Origin: Eledone cirrhosa
Lineage: Eukaryota
Assembly (NCBI GenBank): GCA_964016885.1
Contig: OZ024746.1
Span: forward strand, 31,062,001-31,126,000
Reading direction: 5' to 3'
DNA: 64,000 bases
Part shown: positions 39,295-55,290 of the stretch, in pieces
Layout: the number at the start of each line of letters is the position of its first letter
How positions within the stretch are numbered: the stretch's first letter is position 1
Notes under the pieces: generated by a model
Databases searched by the model: none
Seen by the model: only the letters and a program-made list of their open reading frames with translations
What the model was told of the DNA's origin: nothing
Program-made: the position numbers and the translations under genes

Positions 39295-39908
39295 GAAAAA
39301 AGACGGCCAGATTCCAATATATTCCTTTAATGATTTGTAAAAACAATACGTATTTCTATGGCTGCCAGACGTTAGGTGTAAGAAAACAAAGATTTAGTAA
39401 TCAACTTTTAGGTTACAGCAAAATATAAAAAAAAGAATTCATACAGAGATGGTCTGTCAATCGATATGAAGTCTATGACAATCATTGATTGATGAACCAC
39501 CTCTATCAATTCTCTGTTTATATTTTGCTGTAACCCAAAAGTTGATTACTAAATCTTTGTTTTTTTTACACCTGATAATGCACCCTAGTGTCATACATCA
39601 TGATATTATGATGTAAGTCTGCTGGCCAAAGAAATACATGTGAATTTTACAAAAATTAACCCTTTAGTTACCAACCCGGGTTCTATGAAATAGAAACCTT
39701 TAAAATGGGCGACTCGAATTTAAATCTTCTAACAATTTTATATAAGAACCTTATATTAAGTTACTATCTTAGTAATGAAATAATTAATAATTTTAGTAAA
39801 TCCCTCAACATTGTTCATTAATTAACTAAAATAGAATTTATTTCTTTAGAAATACAGTCATGAAAATGTTAAACGAATATATTGGAATCCATCCTCCTGT
39901 TTTCATTG
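39295..39908. repeat. Old nested inverted repeat; inner arms 39376-39465 and 39486-39575; right arm interrupted by a MITE
   Basis: aggtgtaagaaaacaaagatttagtaatcaacttttaggttacagcaaaatataa vs ttatattttgctgtaacccaaaagttgattactaaatctttgttttttttacacct; outer pair gattccaatatattc / gaatatattggaatc. Confidence 0.85.
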
Positions 39909-40105
39909 ATGTATTTAACTCCATTCCAGCACCATCCACATGATACCAAATATATATAATGTTGAGTGCTGAGTGTTTTGCTTATTTTATCATGGTGTGC
40001 TAATGTGAATGACAGGTTAAATCATCCAACATAACGTAATATATGTATGTATGTATATATAAATATACACATACGTACGCGTATTTATACATACACACAC
40101 ATATG

Positions 40106-40137
<32 letters not shown>

Positions 40138-41147
40138 CTAGAGAAGATATCTTACAATATTTAGCTGTCATATACAATAGGCCAAAATGATAGCATCTGT
40201 GAAGAACCAGTGTGAATATTTTGGTATGATTTGGTGGATTGTTATCATGTTAGTGATAGTTATATGATGGTAGCTGTTCCATATAACATTGTCATAGTGA
40301 CTACATCATATACCATAATCTATAGTATATTCATTATACTATAGTCTACCATCATGTATACATCATGGTATATATTATACCACACTATGATACATCATAG
40401 TATATATGGTATCTATTATACTACACTCTATGGTATATCATAGACTATGGTATAATATATATACTATGTTATAATATGCAATTCTTGTGATGTCTTTAGA
40501 CCAAGGGAGAAATTTCTCAGTTGTTTGCAGAACCAACAATTAGCAATAGGCTTTTCCAAAATCATATTCATAGTCGATGATAAATGAGATTATGTGACCT
40601 TCATGCTTTCTTGGAAACATGCTTAAAAAGATTAAAATCTGTTCCAAGTCTTGAGGCTCATCAGGCTGGAGCTTAATTTGGTTTCATTAACATTAAGTGG
40701 CTAATAGTAGAGGACTTCCCAACTTTATGATGGTCAACTGAACACCCTAACCACTTAGCCACATGATCTGTTAAAGCATGAAACCAGATTGTAACCAATA
40801 TGATGTTGTGCAAATATAACAATGTGTGTGTGTGTTAGAATTTTGGTCTTCACATCAATGTATTGTGACAAATAATTTTATCCTTTCTACCAACATATAC
40901 GATAATCTTGTGTATATAATTTAGTCTTTCCACCAACGAGTATATATATTTAACCCTTTCCAATAATATAAATGATAGAGTATGTATATATTACCCATCA
41001 CATCAATACATATGACAGCATGTATGTATAGTTTAGCCTTCACAACAATACACACAAGACTCATACATATATATATATACATATTTTCAAACTTTCACCA
41101 ATACATATAAAAAAACATTGCATATTTGACACTATATTTTAGCTTTT

Positions 41148-41178
<31 letters not shown>

Positions 41179-41382
41179 CACTAGATGTACATCTCAACCT
41201 TCCTACCAATATATGTATACACACTGGATGTACATCGTAGCTTTTCCACCAATATATATATACGTTGTAGTGCACCTGAGCACTGTACACAATAATTTCA
41301 TTATTATACACTGTGTATATCTCAGCCTTTCCACTTTTATATATATTTATATATATATACACTATATATCTCAGCTTCTCCA

Positions 41383-41430
<48 letters not shown>

Positions 41431-42306
41431 GACTGTGTATATAATATATTTCAGTATTTACACCACAATATATTTACATTGTGTATATATTTTTGTCTTC
41501 ATGCCAATACATATAAAATTGTTTATATATTTCAACTTTCCCAGCAATACATATACATGTATATATTTTTTTAACTTCATTACCAATACATACATATGTG
41601 TGTATATATTTCAGTATTCCCAGCAATACATATACATTAAGTGTATATAGTTTAGTCTTCCCAGCAATTCATATACATTGAGTGTACATATTTTAGTCTT
41701 TTGACACATATATATATACACTATGTGTATACATTTAAATCTTCCAAGCAATACATATACATTGGGTGTGTGCATTTTAATCTTCCAATATATATATATT
41801 ATTTTACCATTAACAATAATACATGACAGTGTGTATAATTTAGTCTTCCCATCAATTCACTGTGTATATATACATTTAGCATTAGCCATAATATATATAG
41901 TAGAGCCTCACGTCAATACAATAATTTGGCATTGGAACTATCACATGTAATACAGGATATATATATTTATTAGCCCTCCCATCAATGTATAAGACATTGT
42001 GTAGATTTAAGCCTCAGTACCAACACAGATGAAACAATGTGTGTGTGTGTGGCTGGAATTTTACCAGTTCAGTATACCTACTCTGCACCTTGATTGGATT
42101 GAATACTGGCCTGATTTGTGCTCTTCCTAGTTTCCATGCAGTAGACACTTCCTATATATATATATATACACACACACGACACATCCAACCCTTTAACAGA
42201 CGTTAAATGATTATATATATATATAACAGGATGGCATCCTTTAAAGAACAGAGGGGAACCATAATTAAAGTAAGGTACTTAATACATAAAGTAAAGAGTG
42301 TACTTT

Positions 42307-42443
42307 ATATTTCATTGAGAGGTGACTATTACAAGACTAGTTCTGTTTCATTCAGTAATGAAATCAACAGAAAGCTGATTTCATCACCAAATGAAACAGA
42401 TGTAATCTTGTAGTCCTGTAAACATCACTTTTCAATGAAATAT
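42307..42443. repeat. Diverged palindromic insert, same family as 58724-58851
   Basis: atatttcattgagaggtga..tctgtttcatt vs aatgaaacaga..tcacttttcaatgaaatat; shares the upstream tail aagtaaggtactYaatacat. Confidence 0.75.
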
Positions 42444-42705
42444 TAAGTTATATATTTTATATATATTTAGTATTGATGGTCACAAGAATGAGTACTCAAT
42501 ACTATAGTAGTGATTAATAGTTTCATTAAGGTGGAGGCAGAATCCTGTTACACTGGAGTTTCACATCTGATGCCCCTGTGAACATGCAGTTGAAATTCCA
42601 CAGTAAGAGGAGGCTGACTTAACCTTCATAAAATTCTATAACATATACACACACACATATATATATATACATACATACACACACACATATATATATGTAT
42701 ATATA

Positions 42706-42754
<49 letters not shown>

Positions 42755-42756
42755 GT

Positions 42757-42875
42757 GGAGGCGCGTGGCTTAGTTGTTAGAGAACTGGATTCACAATCGT
42801 GAGGTTGTGAGTTCGATTCCCGAACCGGGCGATGCGTTATGTCCTTGAGCAAGACACTTTATTTCACGTTGCTCC
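42757..42875 (+). mobile_element. Second tRNA-derived SINE family (head plus core-like domain), truncated
   Basis: A box gtggcttagttg, B box gagttcgattccc, then tgtccttgagcaagacactttatttcacgttgctcc. Related pieces lie near 5400-5520 and 54350-54465. Confidence 0.8.
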
Positions 42876-43840
42876 TTCTACCTGGAGTTGCGACCGATAG
42901 ATAGTATTAGCAATTGGAAAGACCAATGGAAACATTGTTTCCTCGGTCCGATTTGACGAAAGTCGATCGACTGTCGATATATATACATATTTATGTGATT
43001 GAACTACTCAGAGAATTGAGTTATGTCCCTTTTTGTTCTGAGTTCAAATGCTGTTCAAGGTTGATTTTGCTTTTAATCCTTCCAGGGAAGCTGGGGAGGG
43101 GAGGGTGTCAGGGTGAGAATCAATAAAATAAAGTATCAATCAACTACTAACAGCTATCTCTTCTCCTCCTCCCCACTAAACTGGAGAAAGAGAGAGAGAC
43201 TAACTTAGTAACTTTCATTGGTGGGGATATTTACACTATATTTGTCATTGCTCACCATCATTATCATCATCATCGACAAACAACTGACTTTTAGAGGTCA
43301 CGTGAGGGGAGGGAATTAAAAATAAAATATAAACAACAACAACAAAACAATTATTTCTAACATAGGCACAAGGACTTAAATTTTGAGGTGTGGGAGGAAC
43401 ACTTGATTCCCTTCTAAAGGGGTGGACGAATAAATGAAGTGAACGTAGAGCTGAGAAGTCCATTTGGGCTTGTCGAAGACTTGACAACCTCTCTAGTGTG
43501 GGTGCCACGATAAAATATACCCTGTACACTCTGTAAAGTGGCTGGCATTTAGAAGGGGCTTCCAGGAAGAGAAACCATGCTGAAACATATGAGTAAGTTG
43601 TAGTTGTCTGACCATTCTAGTCTTGGAATTTGACAACATATCCAACCCATGCCAGCATGTGGACAGAAAATGATGAGGACAATGAGAATATATGTGTGTG
43701 TGTGTGTTTGTCAATATATATTTGAAATGTGTGCATCCCAAATTGAAGGGCCATAAGTCAACCATTGTTTATATATGTATGTATATATATAGAGAGAGAA
43801 ATGTACATGTATGTGTACATTTTATATATATATATATAAA

Positions 43841-45392
43841 TAATTGTTTCTACGTTAGGCACAAGGCCAGCAATTACCAGTGTATTACTGGTACTTTATT
43901 TTATCGACCCCATAAGGATGAAAGGCAAAGTTAACCTCGGCGGGATTTGATAAATAATGGTTTCTAATTTCAGCACAAAGCCAACTATTTGGGTTGGGTG
44001 GGGGAAGTCGACTAAATTGACCCCTAGTATTTGACTGATACTTTATTTAATTGATCCTGGAAGGATGAAAAGTAATAAGTTTAGAGTTAGAAAAATCTCA
44101 AGACATCTTGTCCGGCACTCTAACCATTCTGTTAATTCATATCTCTATAATAATTTCTAACATAGCTACAGGGCTAAGAAATTGGTGGGTAGCAGGTGAG
44201 GAATACTTGATTATAATGACCCCAGTATTTCACTCTGTACTCCTACTACTAATATAATTAATAATTGTTTCTACTTTTGGCACAAGGCCAGCACTTATCC
44301 CAGTGCATTACTGGTACTTTATTTTATCGACCCCGTAAGGATGAAAGGCAAAGTTAACCTCGACGGGATTTGAACTCAGAATGGCAAGGGCCGTAACTCT
44401 TTGCGTCAAAGCATGGCGTCCGACCCTCTACCGATACTGCCAATCCACTAATATTACTAATAATTGTTTCTACTTTAGGCACAAGGCCAGCAATTATCCC
44501 AGTGCATTACTGATACTTTATTTTATCGACCCCGTAAGGATGAAAGGCAAAGTTAACCTTGGCAGGATTTGAACTCAGACCGTAAAGGGACGTAACTCTA
44601 TGCTAGAAAGCATGGCGTCCAACCCTCTACCGATACTGCCAATTCTAATAATGGTTTCTAATTTTGGCCCAAGGCCAACCATTTTGGGGGAGAGGAAAGT
44701 TGATTAAATCAACTCCACTGCATTACTGGAACTTTATTTTATCAACCCTAAAAGGATGAAAGGAAAAGCTAACCTCGACAGGAGTTGATCTCAGAACGTA
44801 AAGGGATACAACTATGTGCCACAAAACATGTCCGATGCTCTACTAATACTGCCAATCCACCACTAACCATACTAATAATGGTTTCTAATTTAGGTATAAA
44901 GAGGAGGGGGAAAGTTGATTATATCAACCCTGGTACTTTATCACTGACCCCAGAAAGATGAAAAGCAAAGCTAATGTTGGCAAGATTTGAACTCAGAATG
45001 AGCCTGAAGAAATACAGCAAGGTAATTTGTTAGATAGTTTAGACTCAGTCAATCCCTACTACTACTACTAATAATAATAATAATTGTTTCTACTTTTGGC
45101 ACAAGGCCAGCAATTATCCCAGTGCATTACTGGTACTTTATTTTATCGACCCCGTAAGGATGAAAGGCAAAGTTAACCTCAGCGGGATTTGAACTCAGAC
45201 CGTAAAGAGCCGTAACTCTATGCTGCAAAGCATGTTTTCCAACCCTCTACCAATACTGCCAATCCACCACCCAACTAATAATAATAATAGGTCAGCAGGT
45301 CAGATATTTTGGGAGGGCAGTGAATTATATTAACCCCAATACATGACTGGTACATAATTTTATCGACCTTAGAAGGACGAAAGGCAAAGTTG
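43841..45392 (-). mobile_element. Head-to-tail cluster of about 8 SINE copies
   Basis: Units start near 43841, 43953, 44262, 44461, 44650, 44876, 45081 and 45300, separated by (taa)n/(tac)n. Confidence 0.9.
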
Positions 45393-46279
45393 TTAGAATT
45401 AATATGTCGCAAGTACAATGGAAATATTTCTTTGTGCAAAGCATTTTTAGCAGAGAAGTCGATGAATATGAAATAATATTGAGATTCATTGTTAATTAAT
45501 TATTGTTAATTAATTATTGTTAATTAATTATTAAATATCATCAGGAACTAAACCAAATGGACATGCTAAATAAACACACTACTTAAATTTATATCTTACC
45601 CAGATAAATACTGCCACAGTAACCTTCATCAGCCGAAACAAGAAAGATTGTTGCAAGAGAATTAACCACAAATACATAATTATCTTAAGAAATGTTACAA
45701 GGTGTCAGAAGTTGAAGATCTGAGAATTTTCTTACAGATTTTCTCACAAAAAACTTTACACAGATGTAAAAAAAAAAAAAAAAAAAAAAAAATCTTAAGT
45801 CAACAAGAACATTTTTTTAACGTTGATTATGTCCTGTGAGTAAGTGTGTCAGAGAATTCTCGATTCCTAAATATACAGCTTCTTCCATCACTCCCATGAT
45901 TCTTTTTCCTGTTATGGGGTCAATTTTCTCAAAATAGTCTTGATTCTGCTGATGAAGAGACCAGAAAGAGACATGTATCTGGGTAAGACATTAATATGTG
46001 TGTGCATATCATCACCATCATGTGTGTGTGTGTGCATATATATATATATATATATATACAACATGTCTCTATTTTAAAATGTCCATTCACTTTAGTTCAT
46101 ATTTAATTATATATATATATATATAATATACATACATATATTATTATTTATAAATATATATAACGTATATATACACATCTATGCATATATATAATGTATA
46201 CATACATATACATAATGTCTACATACATATATGTATACATATATAAATATATGTATGTACATATATATATATATATATA

Positions 46280-46719
46280 CTTTGTTTTTGTATTTGTTTT
46301 GCAATATTTTTTATGTGAAAACAGATATTGTTATACTTTGGGAGGGCCATGCTGCCAATAAAAACACATGCACTAGTTGAGTTTCACTTCAATTTATTAT
46401 TATAATTTTACATATGTTAGTTTAATAACTGGATGGTTGTTTAGTTGCTAACTGTCAAAGTTCTTTTGTCAACCATTCTGTGACCTCGTCAGTAACTACT
46501 TCTGTTATTTTCTGTCTCCTCTTTGTTCTATTTTACAAAAGTAGCCACTGAAGAGATCACATAATGTGTGACAAAAGAACTTTTTAGTAATCAACAACTA
46601 AACAACCATTCAGTTATCAAACAAACCGAAAAAACAAATTAGAATAATAAATTGAAGAGAAACTCAACTAGTGCATGTGTTTTTATTGGCAGCATGATCC
46701 TCCCAAAGTATAACAATAT
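46280..46719. mobile_element. Penelope-like inverted pseudo-LTR remnant between (TA)n tracts
   Basis: Arms 46325-46500 and 46540-46719. The terminus ctcccaaagtataacaatat and the tail resemble those of the GIY-YIG element at 57318-58534. Degenerate hammerhead cores CTGAAGA (46548) and CTGACGA (46492, minus). Confidence 0.8.
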
Positions 46720-47858
46720 ATATATATATAGACAAAGAGAAACTTTTTGCCAGAAGTTGATGGGACAAACATTAGATTAATGTCAATAAATGATTTCATT
46801 GATTGATTGATTTGATTGGTTGATTAGTTCAGTGATCAACTGATTGATTGGTTGACCTACTCCAGGTCAATAAACTGATACAAGATCAATCCCCTTCAAT
46901 GACCATCATGATCAGAATGTTTTATATAGATTTTTTTTATATTTATATTTTTTTCTTCCATTTCTGAATTATTTTTTTTGTAAAACACAACCTTGAGATC
47001 CTTACCTTTTTCAGGTAGGGGGTGTATATATAGATGTAAATGTATAGAATATATAGTATTGTTTTTATTTGGGGGTATATATGTGTGTGTGTGTGTGTTT
47101 ATAGTAGTACTTGTTATTGTTGTTATAGTAGTTGTAGTTTTCAATAGGTTTTAATTAAAATGAAAAAATTTGTGAAATAAACAAAAAGAAATAAACGATA
47201 CAAAAAAACAAACAAACACATTATTGTCTTCTCTGATCATTTGAAAAGTCTTTAACACTTTAGCTAAGCTAATCTGTGTTTATTTGCCACCAGACAGGCA
47301 ATAATACTTCACATCACAGTGAACCCATTATTATATATATATAATGTATATATACAAGTGTTTTAAGGCCATTTTCCATGCTAAAGTAGAGGTGAGCCTC
47401 GTAAGTCCCATGACAAACTTCAATATCTACCAAAGGATCCTTTTTAAGGCAATATTTAATGGTCAAATGCCTTTCATGACTCCATAACAAGCTTCATATT
47501 CATCATGGTGTTTGTTTTGAGACAATATTTTACAGCTTGATGCTGCGTTTCCTGGCACCAACCTTAATACTCTACCACCAGCATTGCATCCTTTTTAAAA
47601 GTAAATGTTTGTTGTTACTTATCACTTAACAACTGTAACATTTATGTATATTTATATATATACATATACGAATGTGTGTGCATGTGTTGTGGTTGTTGTG
47701 GTTGTTGTTACAGCTCACACCTATGTATGTTTAGCTGACCTCCCACAAGGTTGTATCTGATAGGAGTTTTCTTGGATGTTTTAATAATAGGGGTCTCAGT
47801 TTAAATATACATGTGTATATATATATATATATATATATATTTGGGGGGGGGGGGGGTG

Positions 47859-47919
<61 letters not shown>

Positions 47920-48555
47920 GGGAGGAAGAGAAGGAGAGATACAGATATACAGTAGATAGATAAATAGATAGGTAGACAGATAGTGTGATGGTGATGGGAG
48001 TGTTGGTGGTAATGGTAATTGTAGTTATGATAGTAGTGGTAAGAGTAGTGGTAAGAGTAATAGTGGTGGTGGTGGTGGCACTGTAGTCATGGTAAAAGTA
48101 GTCAGGTGGTAATAGTAGTAATGGTGGTAGTAATATTGGTGGCAGTGGTAGTAGTAATTGCAGTGTTGGTAATAGTGGTAGTGGTGGTGGCAGAGGTAGA
48201 AGTTAAATTCTTTCTTCAGACATTGAAATGAAGTTCAAATTAGGTGGAAAAGTCTAAAACGATTCTTTAGAAATAAAAAAAAAACAAATATTAAAAAAAC
48301 TAAAAGTGAAATAAAACCAATGAAAAGCACATAGAAAAAAATATATTGGGTTTGATGTGATTATTGAATATTGAACAGCAATTATTTCTCTCTCTAGGAA
48401 ATAACTGTGGCAAGGGTGAATAGAGGAGGGGGGCTGTATAGTGCGTATGTAGTGTGTGAATGTGCATGGGGATGAGTATGTGTGTGTGTGTGTATGCAAT
48501 GTGTGAGGGTGTGTGGTTTAGCGTGAATCTTAGTTCAGTTTTGGTGAGTGAGAAT

Positions 48556-50878
<2,323 letters not shown>

Positions 50879-50922
50879 ATGTGTGCTCAACCGGCATACC
50901 GCCTATGGGAGCATCTTAGCTA

Positions 50923-50957
<35 letters not shown>

Positions 50958-51123
50958 TAGGTAAATATACACGGGTGTGTATGATTGTGTATAGAAGATT
51001 ATATTAATAAGAGGAATTCCAACTTTGTCTGATTTACTCGTTTTATTTACAATCCTTTAAAATATATATAATATGGTATTATAATGAAATAGTATGATAG
51101 AATATTAAATTCTAAGTGTTAAT

Positions 51124-51162
51124 TGAACAAGTACTTTCATGCTTTCGCAATCTTCAGGTTCA
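51124..51162 (-). ncRNA. Minimal type I hammerhead ribozyme motif (mirror copy)
   Basis: Exact reverse complement of 51226-51264. Confidence 0.8.
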
Positions 51163-51225
51163 TGATATGTGGTGACAGTCGAGTTTGCAATTTTCAACTG
51201 CAAACTCGACTGTCACCACATATCA

Positions 51226-51264
51226 TGAACCTGAAGATTGCGAAAGCATGAAAGTACTTGTTCA
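51226..51264 (+). ncRNA. Minimal type I hammerhead ribozyme motif
   Basis: tgaac-CTGAAGA-t tgc gaaa gca t-GAAA-gtac-TT-gttca: 5-bp stem I, GNRA-capped stem II and a palindromic GTAC loop III. Confidence 0.8.
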
Positions 51265-51380
51265 ATTAACACTTAGAATTTAATATTCTATCATACTATT
51301 TCATTATAATACCATATTATATATATTTTAAAGGATTGTAAATAAAACGAGTAAATCAGACAAAGTTGGAATTCCTCTTA

Positions 51381-51388
<8 letters not shown>

Positions 51389-51414
<26 letters not shown>

Positions 51415-51557
51415 TATATATATATATGCATATATATATATATGCATATATATATATATGCATATATATATATATGCATATATATATATATGCATATATA
51501 TATATATGCATATATATATATGCATATATATATATGCATATATATATATATATATGC

Positions 51558-51595
<38 letters not shown>

Positions 51596-51791
51596 GCATA
51601 TATATATATATATATACATATGCATATATATATGCATATATATATATATATATACATATGCATATATATATGCATATATATATATATATATATATATACA
51701 TATGCATATATATATATATATATATATATGCATATATATATATGCATATATATATATATGCATACATATATGCATATATATATATATATGC

Positions 51792-51837
<46 letters not shown>

Positions 51838-51954
51838 AGAGAGAGAGATAGAGAGATAGATGTGAGTGAGTGTGTGTTAGCATGAAATTCAATTTAGTTT
51901 TGTTGTATTTTTGATGAATGGATACAATCAAATGTGTCTGAGAATGTGTGAAGT

Positions 51955-51998
<44 letters not shown>

Positions 51999-52523
51999 TA
52001 CATACAAATATATATATATATAAGTATGTATATATATAAGTATATATATATAAGTATGTATATATATATATACATACAAATATATATATAAGTATGTATA
52101 TATAAGTATATATATATATAAGTATGTATATATATAAGTATATATATATAAGTATATATATATATATAAGTAAGTATATATATATACAAGTAAGTATATA
52201 TATACAAGTAAGTATATATATACAAGTAAGTATATATATACAAGTATGTATATATATAAGTAAGTATATATATACAAGTATATATATATATACAAGTATG
52301 TATATATATACAAGTATGTATATATATAAGTATATATATATATAAGTATATATATATATATAAGTATATATATATATATAAGTATATATATATATATAAG
52401 TATATATATATATATAAGTATATATATATATAAGTATATATATATATATAAGTATATATATATATATAAGTATATATATATATATAAGTATATATATATA
52501 TATAAGTATATATATATATATAA

Positions 52524-52564
<41 letters not shown>

Positions 52565-52667
52565 TATATATATATATAAGTATATATATATATATATATA
52601 AGTATATATATATATAAGTATATATATATATATAAGTATATATATATATATAAGTATATATATATAA

Positions 52668-52731
<64 letters not shown>

Positions 52732-52801
52732 ACAAATAAGATGTACACTTTAACTTAATATATATATATATATATAAAGACAAATAGATGTACACTTTAA
52801 C

Positions 52802-52852
<51 letters not shown>

Positions 52853-52887
52853 CAAGTATATATATATAAATATGTATATATAAGTAC

Positions 52888-52918
<31 letters not shown>

Positions 52919-52932
52919 TAATATATATATAA

Positions 52933-52972
<40 letters not shown>
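51389..52972. repeat. Compound TA-based microsatellites (TATGCA variant 51389-51833; TAAG variant 51957-52972)
   Basis: Directly visible. Confidence 0.97.
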
Positions 52973-52976
<4 letters not shown>

Positions 52977-53056
52977 TGTGTGTGTGAATATGTGTTTGTA
53001 TGTTAGTATGAGATTCTTCGGTTCAGTTGTAGTGTGTCTTTGATGAATGGGTCAAT

Positions 53057-53248
53057 TCACATGTGAGTGCTACCCTGGGTTGGTGAGCCACGCCGATAAT
53101 GTTCAACAACATGTGATAAATCTCTTTGGAATGTATCTTGGGGTCGATGGGTCCGATGCTTGTGGTTGCTTTCGTCGGCAAACAGCGGGACATGTACACG
53201 AGGAATATGGAAGCCGGAACCACCAAATAGTGGATCATACCTCATGTT
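53057..53248 (-). CDS. PLPPR-like gene, probable terminal coding exon
   Basis: Pyrimidine tract plus cag|NMRYDPLFGGSGFHIPRVHVPLFADESNHKHRTHRPQDTFQRDLSHVVEHYRRGSPTQGSTHM*; phase 0 fits the exon ending at 55410. Confidence 0.75.
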   Translation of the reverse strand, partial: NMRYDPLFGGSGFHIPRVHVPLFADESNHKHRTHRPQDTFQRDLSHVVEHYRRGSPTQGSTHM

Positions 53249-53294
53249 CTGTGGAAGAGAGAGAAAAGAGACAGAGATATAGCATCTTATCGCA

Positions 53295-53306
53295 GTAGTG
53301 GTAGTG

Positions 53307-53339
<33 letters not shown>

Positions 53340-53405
53340 TAGTAGTAGTAGTGGTGGTGGCGGTTGTAGTAGTAGTGGTAGTAGTAGTGGTAGTAATAGT
53401 AGTAA

Positions 53406-53436
<31 letters not shown>

Positions 53437-53449
53437 GGTGGTAGTAGAG

Positions 53450-53497
<48 letters not shown>

Positions 53498-53572
53498 ATG
53501 GTGGTGGTTGTGGTGATGGCAGTTGTAGCAATGGTGCTTGTAGTGGTGGTGGTGGTAGTAGTAGTAGTAGTG
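53295..53572. repeat. (TAG/TGG)n microsatellite
   Basis: Directly visible. Confidence 0.95.
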
Positions 53573-53885
53573 AAAATAAAGTTGGACAATGAAAACAGAA
53601 ACAATCCCTATAGTAATAGGTGCTCTGGAAATGATAAACAAACACAGACAGATACATAACCCAAACTCCAGGACTTACAACTCCAGGATATACAACATAA
53701 ACTCCAGGATATACAACATAAACTCCAGGATATACAATATAAACTCCAGGATATACAATATAAAGAAAACAGTGTTACTAGTTACTGCATACATATGTAT
53801 TAATATAATAGAAACAACAATACCAAAACCAACACTGCACAGACCCAAGACACACAGTGCTATGCTCAGTAATACAGTGACAACA
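53573..53885 (+). mobile_element. 3' remnant of a restriction-like-endonuclease non-LTR element (R4/Dong- or CRE-like) with an internal 21-bp tandem repeat
   Basis: TETIPIVIGALEMI...KKTVLLVTAYI resembles the C-terminal (V/I)PIVIGALG..QK..LLGTA.I signature; aactccaggatatacaacata occurs 5 times. Confidence 0.7.
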
Positions 53886-54667
53886 CAATTGAAATAAGAT
53901 TCATCAATAATAATTGTTTCTACTTTAGGCACAAGGCCCGCAATTACCCAGTGCATTACTGGTACTTTCATTTTATCGACCCCGTAAGGATGAAAGGCAA
54001 AGTCAACCTCGGCGGGATTTGAACTCAGATCGTAAAGGGACGTAACTATGCTGGAAAGCATGGCGTCCGACCCTCTACCGATACTGCCAATCCACCGCCC
54101 TTTCGTCAATAATATATGAATTCATCAATAATAATGGTTTCTAATTTAAGCACAAGACCATCAATTTTGGGTGTCGGATAGAAAGTTGATTATGTCCTTA
54201 AAGTACTTAAAGTCTACAGTCTGTCTCAAGCCCAAAGGCCAGAGTTTATTCCAGTTTCCCTAGTGTTAAGGGACTGAGAGTACAAGACGCCCACTGGATC
54301 GGAATCCAGTCCTTCACATGGTTAAACCCCTAGCAACTGCTGATGCTCATTTTCAGTTTAGTATACTGGAGCAATGTGAAATGAAGTGTTTTGCTCAAGA
54401 ACCTAGTCCAGGAATCAAAACCATGACATTATGATCGTAAGTCCAACACCCTAACCACTAGGCCACACCTCAACCAACACCCTAACCACACCTAATACCA
54501 TATAACTGGTACTTTATTTTATTGACCTCAGAAAGATGAAAGACAATATTGATGTCGGTGGGAATCTACATTGTAATTACTTTAGCTTCAACAGTCTCAA
54601 ATATCCAGTCACTTACTGAAGAAATATACAATACCAAAATATACCAAAGTACTGAGAATGTGTGTAC

Positions 54668-54712
<45 letters not shown>

Positions 54713-54979
54713 TAGATACATCTGATACATCTCACTTGTCCAACCCATGCATACTACCATGGACATGCTACCCAACAATACTGCAGAAATGGCTAAAACC
54801 TCTCTGTTCACCCTGTAAAGTGTCCCTTGTCCACCATGTGGCATCCTGCCATAGAAACCAAGCCAGAAAGTAATTTTTTTTTAATATATCCCACATGAGT
54901 AAAAATACTTGAAAAAGAAGTTGAAAATGCAATTAGAGTTTTTAAGGAGGAGCATAACCACACATCCCTCCATCCCTCT

Positions 54980-55020
54980 TAACTTTTGAAAATCAGGAAA
55001 TAGTGAAACTGGTAAAGTTA
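54980..55020 (+). ncRNA. Degenerate minimal hammerhead motif inside the inverted repeat 54911-55071
   Basis: taactt-TTGAAAA-tcaggaaatagt-GAAA-ctgg-TA-aagtta; 6-bp stem I intact, core mutated. Confidence 0.45.
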
Positions 55021-55070
55021 TAAGTTATTGTAGATAAACCTTCTTCCAATTGCATTTTCAACTTCTTTTT

Positions 55071-55121
<51 letters not shown>

Positions 55122-55198
55122 CGAAGGAGTTGTGGTAAGGAACCAGATAGACCATAACGCACCAGAGTACTCAATACTTAGGGTAGTAGAGTGGGTAA

Positions 55199-55290
55199 TA
55201 GGAAAAAGTATGACCCCGACGGCAGAGCTCGTCCAGAAATAGCTGCCGAAACGGCTTGAGCTCTACCATCGGGGTCATACTTTTTCCTAT
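55199..55290. repeat. GC-rich hairpin insert (33-bp arms) between (TA)n tracts
   Basis: ataggaaaaagtatgaccccgacggcagagctc / gagctctaccatcggggtcatactttttcctat. Confidence 0.9.

Larger units (their letters stand above)
51000..51388. repeat. Perfect palindrome, 190-bp arms, 9-nt loop
   Basis: 51000-51189 is the reverse complement of 51199-51388, with no mismatch found by eye; loop attttcaac. Confidence 0.97.

Noticed and set aside
42757-42835. tRNA-like sequence
   Set aside because: No proper acceptor stem; it runs into a SINE body, so it is a SINE head.
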